NCBI GenBank assembly: GCA_903913785.1 | Contig: CAIWMF010000066.1 | Location: forward strand, 1-38,149 | DNA length: 38,149 bases | Source: an uncultured Spartobacteria bacterium | GTDB taxonomy: Bacteria > Verrucomicrobiota > Verrucomicrobiia > Chthoniobacterales > UBA6821 | Direction of reading: 5' to 3' | Shown: in pieces, positions 28,649 to 37,867 of the stretch | Layout: every line of letters starts with the position of its first letter | Numbering within the stretch: position 1 is the first letter of the stretch | Translations under genes and position numbers: made by a program | The notes under the pieces: generated by a model | Databases searched by the model: none | What the model saw: the letters and a program-made list of their open reading frames with translations, nothing else | What the model was told of the DNA's origin: nothing

Positions 28649-29995
28649 ATGTTTGACACGATTGCCGCTATTGCCACACCACCAGGATCAGGAGCCATTG
28701 TTCTTATCAGGATTTCTGGTTCTGAGGCCATTGATATTGCACAAAAAATTTTTCAAGGAAGCACCTCTCCCACCAAGATGCAATCACGCTATACCTATTT
28801 TGGAAAAATCGTTGATCATGGAAGGGTGATTGATGAGGTCTTGCTCACTATTTTTCATGCTCCCAAGAGTTATACCGGTGAAGATGTCGTAGAAGTCAGT
28901 GGGCATGGCGGGGTATTCATTGCCGCCTGTCTTTTAGAAACTATACTTCAACAGGGAGCACGCCTGGCACGCCCTGGAGAATTCACGCAGCGAGCCTATC
29001 TGCACGGGAAAATGGATCTGACCCAAGCAGAAGCCGTGATGGATTTAATCACTGCTCAGACAGAGCATGCAGAGCGTGTTGCCTTAGAGCAACGTGCTGG
29101 AGCGTTAGGTCAAGAAATCAAAAAACTCAGAGAAGAACTCCTGCATGTCGTAGCGCACCTGGAGGCCTTTTTTGATTTTCCAGAAGATGATGTTGCTTCT
29201 GTTGATGGGCCCTTTTTGCGTGCTTCTATTGAAAGTGTCCGCAATCATCTTGTAAAATTATTAGCCACAGCAGAAGAAGGGCGTCTTTTACGTGAGGGGC
29301 TTTCGCTGGCGCTTTGTGGTGCTCCCAATGCTGGAAAGTCGAGTTTGCTCAATAAACTCTTACAAGTCGAACGCGCAATTGTCAGTCCTACTGCGGGGAC
29401 AACACGTGATACGATTGAGGAGATGGCAACCTTGGGGGGATTTCCCTTTCGTGTGATTGATACAGCAGGAATCAGGGCTACCGAGGATCTGATTGAACAC
29501 GAAGGGGTCCTGCGAGCACGGAATACAGCACAACATGCAGACTACACACTACATCTTGTCGATGCGACAGAATGTCATAGACCCATCGAACCCATTGCTT
29601 CCCATGAGTTATTAGTCTTGAACAAAATTGATTTAATCATCAATCGATCTTCTCTAGCTAAAATGCATCCTGATGCCGTCATGATTTCCTGTAACACGGG
29701 AGAGGGGATGGACGCATTAATCCCAGCACTTATGAAGCGTCTATTTGGCAATAAGGGATCTTTTACCGAGGAAGCGCCGTCAAGCTTCACTATCAATACA
29801 CGTCACAAGGTCTGTCTTAAGCGTGCTTTAGATGCGATTCAAAAAGCCTTGATCTTGGAAGCCGCGCAAGAACCTCTCGAGTTATTAGCAATCGAGCTTC
29901 GTGCTGCTTTGAATGCCATTGGTGAGGTAACAGGAGAGGTTAATTCTGAGGAAATCTTAGGCACTATTTTTAGTACGTTTTGTATTGGAAAGTAA
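28649..29995 (+). CDS. mnmE: tRNA modification GTPase MnmE
   Basis: 448-aa ORF with the N-terminus DTIAAIATPPGSGAI, G1 GAPNAGKSSLLN, DTAG and the C-terminal CIGK tetrapeptide. Confidence 0.92.
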   Translation: MFDTIAAIATPPGSGAIVLIRISGSEAIDIAQKIFQGSTSPTKMQSRYTYFGKIVDHGRVIDEVLLTIFHAPKSYTGEDVVEVSGHGGVFIAACLLETILQQGARLARPGEFTQRAYLHGKMDLTQAEAVMDLITAQTEHAERVALEQRAGALGQEIKKLREELLHVVAHLEAFFDFPEDDVASVDGPFLRASIESVRNHLVKLLATAEEGRLLREGLSLALCGAPNAGKSSLLNKLLQVERAIVSPTAGTTRDTIEEMATLGGFPFRVIDTAGIRATEDLIEHEGVLRARNTAQHADYTLHLVDATECHRPIEPIASHELLVLNKIDLIINRSSLAKMHPDAVMISCNTGEGMDALIPALMKRLFGNKGSFTEEAPSSFTINTRHKVCLKRALDAIQKALILEAAQEPLELLAIELRAALNAIGEVTGEVNSEEILGTIFSTFCIGK

Positions 29996-30011
29996 TATCC
30001 GGGCTAGGCCA

Positions 30012-30100
30012 AGTGATGAGTAAAGGGTAAAGAGTGATGGGTTCTTTGTTCACTCTCTCTTTATATTGACTCATTACTCGCAACCCATTACTCATTACTC
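30012..30100. repeat. Imperfect palindrome built from AGTRATGRGT motifs, followed by a T-rich run
   Basis: GAGTGATGGGTT (30032-30043) pairs with AACCCATTACTC (30082-30093) through 11 Watson-Crick pairs and 1 G:U pair. There is an inner hairpin AGAGTGA..TCACTCT, and TTTATTTTTTTT follows at 30101-30112. A related AATAATGGGTTATGGGTTA lies upstream of mnmE at 28550-28568. Confidence 0.4.
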
Positions 30101-30114
30101 TTTATTTTTTTTAA

Positions 30115-30909
30115 ATGCCTTTAAAAAATATTCGGCTTCCTAAATACCACGCACCGCGCGCATCGTCGGATCCAATTGTTTTATTCTCCTTAAGGATATT
30201 ATTTTTTTTAGCTGGGATTCAAATATTAGCTGCTGGTTTCATACTGTTTCCAGAGTGGATTAATGGTCTGGTCAGCCATTTGGCAAAAAGAGCAAAGATG
30301 CAAGAGACTGCTCTGCCTATAAGAATGCCAATGCCATCTAGTAAGCTGATCAAGACTCAACATGAGGAAACGGATGTAGATAATATTTCATCTTTGCAGT
30401 CAGAAAGAGAGAGGAAGAGACTAGGCTCTTCGCTTTCTTGCGAGGAAGCTACTGCAGAAAAAGAGATGATTGCAAAAAACATGACAGCCGATCGCGAGAA
30501 TGGCGTACAAACAGGTGATAGCCTTTCTATTATTAGCATTGAACGCACTCCAGGAGCAGAGGGAGAGCAGGTCTTAAAGATTGCTATCAAGGCTCAATCA
30601 CATGAAGTCATTGCGGTGAGAGCGGTTAAGGTGCAGGTTTATTTTTATGATCAAATTGCAGGAGTCATTAGTGCGAGCAAATCACCCATTACCTCTCGGT
30701 GGCTAAATGCTGTGACTGACTGGAAAAATGGAGATCCTCAACTTCTTGAAGTCATCTATCAACCCAATATCAATAATCCAGATGCCAAATATTTTGGGTA
30801 CGTTGTCGCTGTCTATTATCAAGGTACCTTGCAGTCATACCGTGCAGAACCTCCCTCCATCACAAATGAGTTTCCCATTAAGGTGTATACGGGTGGTGAT
30901 GAATTCTAG
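30115..30909 (+). CDS. Hypothetical N-terminally membrane-anchored protein
   Basis: 264-aa ORF with one N-terminal TM helix (IVLFSLRILFFLAGIQILAAGFILF). I recognise no motifs. Its stop TAG (30907-30909) is fused to the element TIR. Confidence 0.5.
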   Translation: MPLKNIRLPKYHAPRASSDPIVLFSLRILFFLAGIQILAAGFILFPEWINGLVSHLAKRAKMQETALPIRMPMPSSKLIKTQHEETDVDNISSLQSERERKRLGSSLSCEEATAEKEMIAKNMTADRENGVQTGDSLSIISIERTPGAEGEQVLKIAIKAQSHEVIAVRAVKVQVYFYDQIAGVISASKSPITSRWLNAVTDWKNGDPQLLEVIYQPNINNPDAKYFGYVVAVYYQGTLQSYRAEPPSITNEFPIKVYTGGDEF

Positions 30910-30966
30910 CCCGGATATTTCACACTGATCACCTGTGGAGACTGGAAGGCGTATGAAATATGCGGG
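30910..30966 (+). repeat. Mosaic TIR element, mini-copy (57 bp: L TIR + 23 nt + R TIR)
   Basis: The sequence is CCCGGATATTTCACACTGATCACCTGTGGAGACTGGAAGGCGTATGAAATATGCGGG. It is bounded by the TAG of the upstream gene and by TTA(A), which is the nth stop on the minus strand. Confidence 0.9.
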
Positions 30967-31647
30967 TTAAAGGATTGTTGCGCTTGGACAAAGCTGCCTT
31001 AACTCGCAGTTCTCGCAATCTGGCTTGCGGGCAGAACAACGTCTTCTTCCGTGCCAAATAAGCCAGTGACTGAGAATGCCCCACTCCTCTTTTTTAAAAA
31101 GTTTCATGAGATCAATTTCAATTTTCACAGGTTCTTGATGTACGGTGAGTCCAAGACGTCGTGCAAGCCTTCCCACATGAGTATCCACAACAATACCCTC
31201 ATGAATATTAAAGGCATTACTTAAGACCACATTAGCTGTTTTTCTCCCGACCCCAGGTAATGCTGAGAGTTCTCTAAGAGATTGTGGAATAATGCCTCCA
31301 TGTCTTTCTATAATGACGGCAGCTGTTTTACGAATAGAACTCGCTTTATTGCGAAAAAAACCTGTGGAATGAACGATTTTTTCTAATGCGTCTTGCGAAA
31401 TCTCTGCATAATCATGCACGCAGCGACATCGTTCAAAAAGTAGAGGAGTCACTTGATTCACACGAACATCCGTACATTGAGCTGAGAGAATGGTTGCTAC
31501 AAGAAGCTCAAGAGGGTTTTTGTAATCAAGCTCGCAATGAGCATTAGCATACAAAATTTTTAGCTGTCTGCGTAAGGTTTGTGCTCTTTTGCCAAGACTC
31601 TTTGTCTGTGGGGCATTAGGGGTTAATTTGGGATAAGCTTGAGTCAT
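30967..31647 (-). CDS. nth: Endonuclease III (DNA glycosylase/AP lyase)
   Basis: 226-aa ORF with HhH-GPD LPGVGRKTANVVL and the [4Fe-4S] motif CSARKPDCENCELRQLC. Confidence 0.9.
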   Translation of the reverse strand: MTQAYPKLTPNAPQTKSLGKRAQTLRRQLKILYANAHCELDYKNPLELLVATILSAQCTDVRVNQVTPLLFERCRCVHDYAEISQDALEKIVHSTGFFRNKASSIRKTAAVIIERHGGIIPQSLRELSALPGVGRKTANVVLSNAFNIHEGIVVDTHVGRLARRLGLTVHQEPVKIEIDLMKLFKKEEWGILSHWLIWHGRRRCSARKPDCENCELRQLCPSATIL

Positions 31648-31653
31648 AGATAA

Positions 31654-31669
31654 GTGTGAAATATTCGGG
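31654..31669. repeat. Solo L-type TIR, head-to-head with the next copy across a shared TTAA
   Basis: GTGTGAAATATTCGGG | TTAA (31670-31673) | CCCGGATGTTTCATAC. It lies only 6 nt from the nth start codon. Confidence 0.75.
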
Positions 31670-31673
31670 TTAA

Positions 31674-31851
31674 CCCGGATGTTTCATACTGATCGTGACG
31701 AGGAGACTGCGAAGGCTGATGGGGTCAGGCAGACCCAGCATTTTGACGCCGGGCTGTATGTGTACATACCGCCCAAGTCACAATGTGAGTCTAACGCAAG
31801 ATCCATCCTAACTTCCCGGTCTCTGCAGTAGATCGGTATGAAATATGCGGG
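31674..31851 (-). repeat. Mosaic TIR element, copy 12 (178 bp, inverted orientation)
   Basis: Starts CCCGGATGTTTCATAC and ends GGTATGAAATATGCGGG, with TTAA on both flanks. It is colinear with copy 9. Confidence 0.9.
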
Positions 31852-31911
31852 TTAAGGTCTCGTGATAATGGCTCAGAAACATTGCGCCGTGAAGAATCCT
31901 TTTGTTCTTGA

Positions 31912-31940
31912 TTGACCATTTCTCAAGAGGGCTTCATATT
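31912..31940 (+). promoter_or_regulatory. Candidate sigma70-type promoter upstream of nusA
   Basis: TTGACC, a 17-nt spacer, then CATATT, about 80 nt upstream of the nusA start. Confidence 0.25.
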
Positions 31941-32018
31941 CATCAACTCGCCAAAAGTTTTTAAAGGGGGAGTGCCGCTCTCTCTGCCGACACAATTACT
32001 ACGAGAAATTTACAAGAT

Positions 32019-33275
32019 ATGAACTCTGAATTTATTGCCATGCTCGACTACCTAGAGCGTGAAAAAGGTATCAAACGTGAGATGCTCATTGAGGCCATTT
32101 CAACAGCACTCATTGCTGCTGCTAAGAAAAGCTTTTCCATTTCACGTGATGTCCGCATTGATATTAATCCTAAAAATGGAAATATTCGCGCCTTTGCCAA
32201 GCCTCTTGTTGTAGAAACTGTGGTGAATCCTCAAGAGGAAATCACGCTAGCGCGCGCTAAGCAGTTCAAGAAGGATGCTCTCATTGGTGATGAGGTAGAA
32301 GTGGAGGTCACTCCTTCTGATTTCGGTCGTATTGCTGCACAAACAGCACGGCAGGCTATTACTCAGCGCATTCGTCAAATCGAAAAAAATATGATCTACG
32401 AAGAGTTCAAAGATCGTGCTGGGGAAATTGTGCATGGGACAGTGCGTCGTTTTGAACGCTCGGATGTGATTATTGATCTTGGTAAATTTGAAGCAGTCTT
32501 ACCATCAAGAGAGCGTGTTGTCACCGATGAATACAACATTGGTGATCGTCTGCGTGCTTATGTGCTTGCTGTAGAAAATGGGATAAGAGGTCCTGAAATC
32601 GTTCTTTCTCGGAGTCATCCGAATTTTATTCGACGGCTTTTTGAAATTGAAGTGAGTGAAATCGCTGATCGTAGTGTTGAGATTCGGGCGATCGCTCGTG
32701 AAGCCGGCTTTAGAACAAAAGTCGCTGTCTATAGCGCGAATGAAAAAATAGATCCCGTTGGAGCGTGTGTAGGAGTACGAGGAGCACGTGTGAAAAATAT
32801 TGTGCGCGAGTTAAATAACGAAAAAGTGGATATCATTCGTTGGTATGAAGATCCTAAGGAATTTATCAAAGAAGCCATGAAGCCAACACGGATTAAAAGT
32901 GCCGAGATTGATGAGCGTTCACACACAATTCGTATTAGCATTGATAAGGAAGAGTTGGCTCTTGCCATTGGCAAGCGTGGCCAAAATGCTCGTTTGACAT
33001 CCCGTCTGATAGGCTGGGAACTTGAGATTACTGAGGACCGCAGTGCGGTCGAAGTCTTCGAGCAACAAATGGCTGGAGCTGCTCATCAGTTAGCTCTTGG
33101 CTTAGGCGTTAGTGAAACGGAAGCTAAAAAATTAGCTGACGGTGGTATGAATTCCCTTGAAGTCATCGTCACTGCCGAAGCAATGGATATTGCCGAACTG
33201 CTTCCCTGTGATCTAGAACGTGCGGAAACAATCTTAAAAGCAGCAAAACAACATTTAGAAAATTCCTCTCAATAG
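32019..33275 (+). CDS. nusA: Transcription termination/antitermination factor NusA
   Basis: 418-aa ORF with an N-terminal domain, an S1 domain (GEIVHGTVRRFERSDVIIDLG) and KH domains (GACVGVRGARVKNI, AIGKRGQNARL). Confidence 0.92.
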   Translation: MNSEFIAMLDYLEREKGIKREMLIEAISTALIAAAKKSFSISRDVRIDINPKNGNIRAFAKPLVVETVVNPQEEITLARAKQFKKDALIGDEVEVEVTPSDFGRIAAQTARQAITQRIRQIEKNMIYEEFKDRAGEIVHGTVRRFERSDVIIDLGKFEAVLPSRERVVTDEYNIGDRLRAYVLAVENGIRGPEIVLSRSHPNFIRRLFEIEVSEIADRSVEIRAIAREAGFRTKVAVYSANEKIDPVGACVGVRGARVKNIVRELNNEKVDIIRWYEDPKEFIKEAMKPTRIKSAEIDERSHTIRISIDKEELALAIGKRGQNARLTSRLIGWELEITEDRSAVEVFEQQMAGAAHQLALGLGVSETEAKKLADGGMNSLEVIVTAEAMDIAELLPCDLERAETILKAAKQHLENSSQ

Positions 33276-33300
33276 CCTCTTTTGCAAGAGAAAATTAACA

Positions 33301-35544
33301 ATGCCACCTAAAACAACATCTTTATCCTCTAGATCCTCGTCCTCAAAAGGAAAAAGTTCTAGAAAGATGCTGCCTCATGTAAAAAGCGGTTCTAAAAATT
33401 TAGCCAAAGTCCCTACGCAGTCTGAAAATAAGGCTTCTAGTACCCCTGGTAAAGGAGTGCATGCATCGACCTCCGTCATGAAGGGATCTTCTCAAGATAC
33501 TCCAGCACCTCTTCCTCCAAAAATATTACCAAGGCTTTCGCTAATTGAAGAAAAAGCACCTCGCTCAGCGCACGTGCTTGCCTCTTCTCGTGGGAAGGCC
33601 CTTCCGCGTATCGGAATTAGGGAAGAACCTGTGCAGCAGGCGCAAGCTGAGGAAGTACCACTTGCCTTAGCTTCTTTAGAAAATGGAGATCAAGATCCAT
33701 GCAGTGACTCAACGATTACGATTGCGCGTGCGATTGCTCCTTCTCAAGTAGAAGATCGCAAGGTGCTGCATCTTAAAGCGCCGATCATGATTAAAGAGCT
33801 CGCAGCTCAAATGAACGTCAAGCCCTTCAAGATGATTCATGACCTCATGGAGATGAATATTTTTGCGAGCATCAATCAATTAGTAGAAGCTGATGTGGCT
33901 GTAAAACTCTGCGATCGGTATGGTTTTATTTTTGAGCGAGAAAAACGAATTGCTGGCGCAGGAGTGCATAAAGTAGAAGTGCCAGTTTTAGTACCTCCTC
34001 TTCCTATCATTAAGCATGAGGAAAAATCAGAATCCTTAGTTGCTCGTGCTCCTATTATCACCTTCATGGGGCATGTGGATCATGGCAAAACATCCTTACT
34101 AGATGCCATTCGGCGTAGCAAGGTGGCTTTGGGCGAGGCTGGTGGTATCACCCAACATATCGGGGCTTACATGATTGAGCGTGATGGCCAACCTATTACA
34201 TTCATTGATACGCCGGGGCACGCAGCCTTTACAGCAATGCGTGCGCGAGGAGCCACCGTCACTGATATTGTTGTCTTGGTTGTTGCGGCAAATGATGGTC
34301 TCATGCCGCAGACCTTAGAAGCCTTAAATCATGCTCGTGCAGCTCATGTAGCCATTATTGTAGCCATTAATAAAATTGACCTACCTACAGCTAATGTCGA
34401 CCGTGTTAAAGCGCAGCTTCAAGAACATGGACTCGCCCCTGAGGATTGGGGTGGCGAGACAGTGTGTTGTGAAGTTTCTGCAACCAGTGGCGCTGGGATT
34501 GATCATCTTTTAGAAATGATGCTCCTTCAAGCTGAGATGTTAGAATTAAAAGCAAATCCTCATCAAGAGGCACGGGCAAATGTGATTGAAGCACAAGTAG
34601 AGCCAGGGCGAGGACCTACGGCAACAGTGATTATTAATACGGGAACATTGCATGTAGGGGATGCCTTCATTTGTGGAAACTATTGGGGGAAGGTCAAGCA
34701 ACTCATGAGTGATCTAGGAAAACCTATTAAAAGTGCAGGTCCCTCTACTCCTGTGAAGATCCTCGGTTTTAGTGGTCTTCCTAATGCTGGTGATGAATTG
34801 CTCGTCATGAGTGAAGAACGTTCTGTGCGTCAACTCAGTGAAGAAAGGCTTCAAGCCCTTCGAGGTGTGAAATTAGCCGCACCGCAGCGGGCCACGCTAG
34901 AAACTCTTTTTGCGGATCTTCAAGAAGATCAGAAAAAAGTCCTTCAAGTCATTTTAAAAAGTGACATGCAAGGCTCACTAGAAGCCATTATTGGGACGCT
35001 CGCGGATATTCCTCAGGACAAAATTGAATTAAAAATTATGCACTCGGCCGTTGGGCCTGTTACCGAGTCTGATGTCCTCTTGGCAAGCGCTTCTAATGCG
35101 ATTATTATTGGATTTGGGACCAAAGTTGAGAATTCTGCGGCTACAGTTGCGCGACGTGAAGGTGTTCAGGTAAAGCTTTTTAGTATTATTTATGAATTGA
35201 TCGATCAGATGCGTGATGCGATGACCGGTCTGCTTGATCCTGAATTGCGAGAGGCGATCATCGGTCATGCTCTGGTGAAACAAGTTTTTGATCTCACGCG
35301 TGGTGTGATTGCTGGTTCTATGGTCACTGATGGTCGTATCTTACGGATAGCACGGGCACGCGTTATTCGTCGTCGTCAGGTGATTTATGACGGAGGTATT
35401 GCGACCTTGCGTCGTTTTACAGAAGATGTGAAAGAAGTCCGCTCGGGTCTTGAATGTGGTATTCGATTAGGTGATTTTACGGAGTACGAACCAGGTGATA
35501 CTATTGAGTGCTATACTTTGGAAAAAGTGGCACAAGCACTCTGA
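33301..35544 (+). CDS. infB: Translation initiation factor IF-2
   Basis: 747-aa ORF with a Ser/Lys-rich N-terminus and the G domain [17 protein letters not shown] and NKID. It lies directly downstream of nusA. Confidence 0.92.
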   Translation: MPPKTTSLSSRSSSSKGKSSRKMLPHVKSGSKNLAKVPTQSENKASSTPGKGVHASTSVMKGSSQDTPAPLPPKILPRLSLIEEKAPRSAHVLASSRGKALPRIGIREEPVQQAQAEEVPLALASLENGDQDPCSDSTITIARAIAPSQVEDRKVLHLKAPIMIKELAAQMNVKPFKMIHDLMEMNIFASINQLVEADVAVKLCDRYGFIFEREKRIAGAGVHKVEVPVLVPPLPIIKHEEKSESLVARAPIITFMGHVDHGKTSLLDAIRRSKVALGEAGGITQHIGAYMIERDGQPITFIDTPGHAAFTAMRARGATVTDIVVLVVAANDGLMPQTLEALNHARAAHVAIIVAINKIDLPTANVDRVKAQLQEHGLAPEDWGGETVCCEVSATSGAGIDHLLEMMLLQAEMLELKANPHQEARANVIEAQVEPGRGPTATVIINTGTLHVGDAFICGNYWGKVKQLMSDLGKPIKSAGPSTPVKILGFSGLPNAGDELLVMSEERSVRQLSEERLQALRGVKLAAPQRATLETLFADLQEDQKKVLQVILKSDMQGSLEAIIGTLADIPQDKIELKIMHSAVGPVTESDVLLASASNAIIIGFGTKVENSAATVARREGVQVKLFSIIYELIDQMRDAMTGLLDPELREAIIGHALVKQVFDLTRGVIAGSMVTDGRILRIARARVIRRRQVIYDGGIATLRRFTEDVKEVRSGLECGIRLGDFTEYEPGDTIECYTLEKVAQAL

Positions 35545-35681
35545 GTAAGTCATGATTGTTTGACTATAAAACAAAAATAAGATTTTTAGTCTGCCATTCC
35601 ATTGCATGATCGAGTTGCTTGCACAAAGCGATACTCTTCTTTTTTTCTATTCTCACTTATTATTTTCATCCATTACCTTCC

Positions 35682-36044
35682 ATGAATTATCGATTAGTGA
35701 GAGTTTCTGAGCTGCTTAAGCGAGAGCTAGGGGTATTAATGATGCGAGAGCTCCGTTTTCAAGCGCCGCTTGTTTCCGTGCGAGCCATTGATATCACACC
35801 TGATTTAAAAAGAGCACATGTCTTTATTAGTGCCCTTGGTACAGGAGCACAAAAAAAAGAGGCACTCCAAGTTCTACACAAAAACCGTTCCTTTCTTCAA
35901 AAGGAATTATCTCAACGCGTTATTCTCAAATACACGCCGCATCTACTGTTTGCCTTAGATGAATCGATTGAACGTGGGACGCGTGTGATTGACCTCATGA
36001 ATCAGCTCGACAAAGAAACAGTACCAGATGCATTGCAATACTAA
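35682..36044 (+). CDS. rbfA: Ribosome-binding factor A
   Basis: The start is placed at ATG 35682 (MNYRLVRVSELLKRELG...). The upstream TTG-initiated extension looks non-native. Length and position after infB are typical. Confidence 0.85.
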   Translation: MNYRLVRVSELLKRELGVLMMRELRFQAPLVSVRAIDITPDLKRAHVFISALGTGAQKKEALQVLHKNRSFLQKELSQRVILKYTPHLLFALDESIERGTRVIDLMNQLDKETVPDALQY

Positions 36045-37089
36045 CGATCTCACTCTTCTTAAGGATTCGCTGAGTATTTCTGATCCTATGGGAGATCTTC
36101 TGGAAGGAAATTCTTTTTCAGAAATTCATGAGGCACTCGCGAAGGCCTCTCGCATTTTAATTGTCAGTCATGCTCGTCCTGATGGAGATGCTCTTGGTTC
36201 TACACTTGCAGCAGCAATGTGGTTGCAAAACGAAGGTCACGTGATCACTGCTTGGAATGAAGATGGATTGCCTGAAAAATTTTCCTATCTACCTGGAGCA
36301 TCCCTCTTAGGCAAGCCGACGGAACAAGTCGAGTATTTTGATGCCGTTTTAGTTCTGGATACAGCTTCAAAAAATAGATTAGGAGAGACTCTTCTTGCTC
36401 GTGCACGAGCACCACTCTGGGTGGCCATTGATCATCATGTGAGTAATGAACAATTTACGGAGTGCAATTGGATTGAACCTAGAGCTCCTGCAACGGGACA
36501 AATGCTTGCAGCAGGGTTCCTCATGCAAGGAATCCCGATTACTCCCGAAATGGCCACGAACCTCTACGTTGCGATAGCGACTGATACCGGTTCTTTTCAA
36601 TATCACAAGACCTCAGCCCAGACCTTTGAGATTGTTGCAAAACTCATTCGTGCTGGCGTGAATGTAGGACAAATCTCACAAGAGATCTATGCTTCACAAC
36701 CACGCCGACGTTTTGAACTCTTCAAGCATGCCTTAGTGCACACACAATTTTCGGCTGATAATCGCATTGCAAGCACCTCTTTAAGCCGCACCCAAGCAAT
36801 AGCACTTGGTATTTCTCCCGAAGATACAGAAGGAATTATTGATACATTGCGTTCCATTAAAGAGGTGCTGGTGGCCGCATTTTTTGAAGAACTTCCCGAT
36901 GGAAGAATACGCTTGAGTCTGCGTTCCAAAAATCATTCCTTAGATGCTTCCGCATTTTGTCAGTACTACGGTGGTGGAGGTCATGATATGGCTGCAGGAG
37001 CATCTATTGCAGGGAGTCTGGAATTTGTTCAAACCAACGTTCTAGAGCGCCTTGCCAAAGTTCTTAATATCACTTTAACTTCCTATTAG
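36028..37089 (+). CDS. nrnA: DHH/DHHA1 phosphoesterase (NrnA-like oligoribonuclease/pAp phosphatase)
   Basis: 353-aa ORF with the DHH motifs SHARPDGDALGS, LDT, DHH and ATDTGSF, plus DHHA1 GGGGH. The start may be at 36088. Confidence 0.75.
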   Translation: MHCNTNDLTLLKDSLSISDPMGDLLEGNSFSEIHEALAKASRILIVSHARPDGDALGSTLAAAMWLQNEGHVITAWNEDGLPEKFSYLPGASLLGKPTEQVEYFDAVLVLDTASKNRLGETLLARARAPLWVAIDHHVSNEQFTECNWIEPRAPATGQMLAAGFLMQGIPITPEMATNLYVAIATDTGSFQYHKTSAQTFEIVAKLIRAGVNVGQISQEIYASQPRRRFELFKHALVHTQFSADNRIASTSLSRTQAIALGISPEDTEGIIDTLRSIKEVLVAAFFEELPDGRIRLSLRSKNHSLDASAFCQYYGGGGHDMAAGASIAGSLEFVQTNVLERLAKVLNITLTSY

Positions 37090-37097
37090 CATTTCTT

Positions 37098-37802
37098 ATG
37101 GATGGTGTTCTCCTCATTGATAAAGCAAGCCAGATGACCTCTCATGATGTGGTGGCTATCGTGCGACGCGTCCTTGGTATTAAAAAAGTGGGTCACTGTG
37201 GAACCTTAGATCCCCTCGCAACAGGCCTCCTCATGCTCACTCTGGGACGAGGTACTAAGATTCAAGATCTTCTAATGAGTGAGGATAAGGAATATAGTGG
37301 GACAATGAAACTAGGTGCTGTCACTGACTCGCAAGATGCAGAAGGGAAAATTTTAGAGACACGTTTGGTACCATCTTTTGATCGTGAAACCCTCGAGGCT
37401 GCTTTTCGAAAATATGATGGTGATTTTTATCAAATACCACCGATGGTCTCTGCCATTAAAAAAGAGGGAGTGCCTCTTTATAAATTAGCTCGTGCTGGTA
37501 AAATTGTGGAACGTGAACCTCGTTTTGTGCGTGTTTATGCCCATGAAATTTTAGGGGAGCGTAGTGATGAAGTTGATTTTCGGGTGGTGTGTAGTAAGGG
37601 ATTTTATGTTCGCACCTATGTGCATGACATTGGTCAAGACTTGGGCTGCGGAGCACATTTACAATCCTTAAGGCGGACGAAATCAGGTCGTTTCTCTGTT
37701 GATGGTGCCTTTCCTGCGGCACTCTTAAAACAAACTGCTCGTGAGGAATTGCTCGGCAGGGTGCTTAGTTTGCCGGAAGTCTCACGACTCCGCGGAGCTT
37801 AA
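37098..37802 (+). CDS. truB: tRNA pseudouridine(55) synthase
   Basis: 234-aa ORF with the catalytic-Asp motif GHCGTLDPLATGLL and YQIPPMVSAIK. Confidence 0.9.
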   Translation: MDGVLLIDKASQMTSHDVVAIVRRVLGIKKVGHCGTLDPLATGLLMLTLGRGTKIQDLLMSEDKEYSGTMKLGAVTDSQDAEGKILETRLVPSFDRETLEAAFRKYDGDFYQIPPMVSAIKKEGVPLYKLARAGKIVEREPRFVRVYAHEILGERSDEVDFRVVCSKGFYVRTYVHDIGQDLGCGAHLQSLRRTKSGRFSVDGAFPAALLKQTAREELLGRVLSLPEVSRLRGA

Positions 37803-37867
37803 AAAATGTAGCAAATCCTCACCTTCATTTTAGCAATGGTCACAAGTCATAACGTTCTCTTTTTGTG

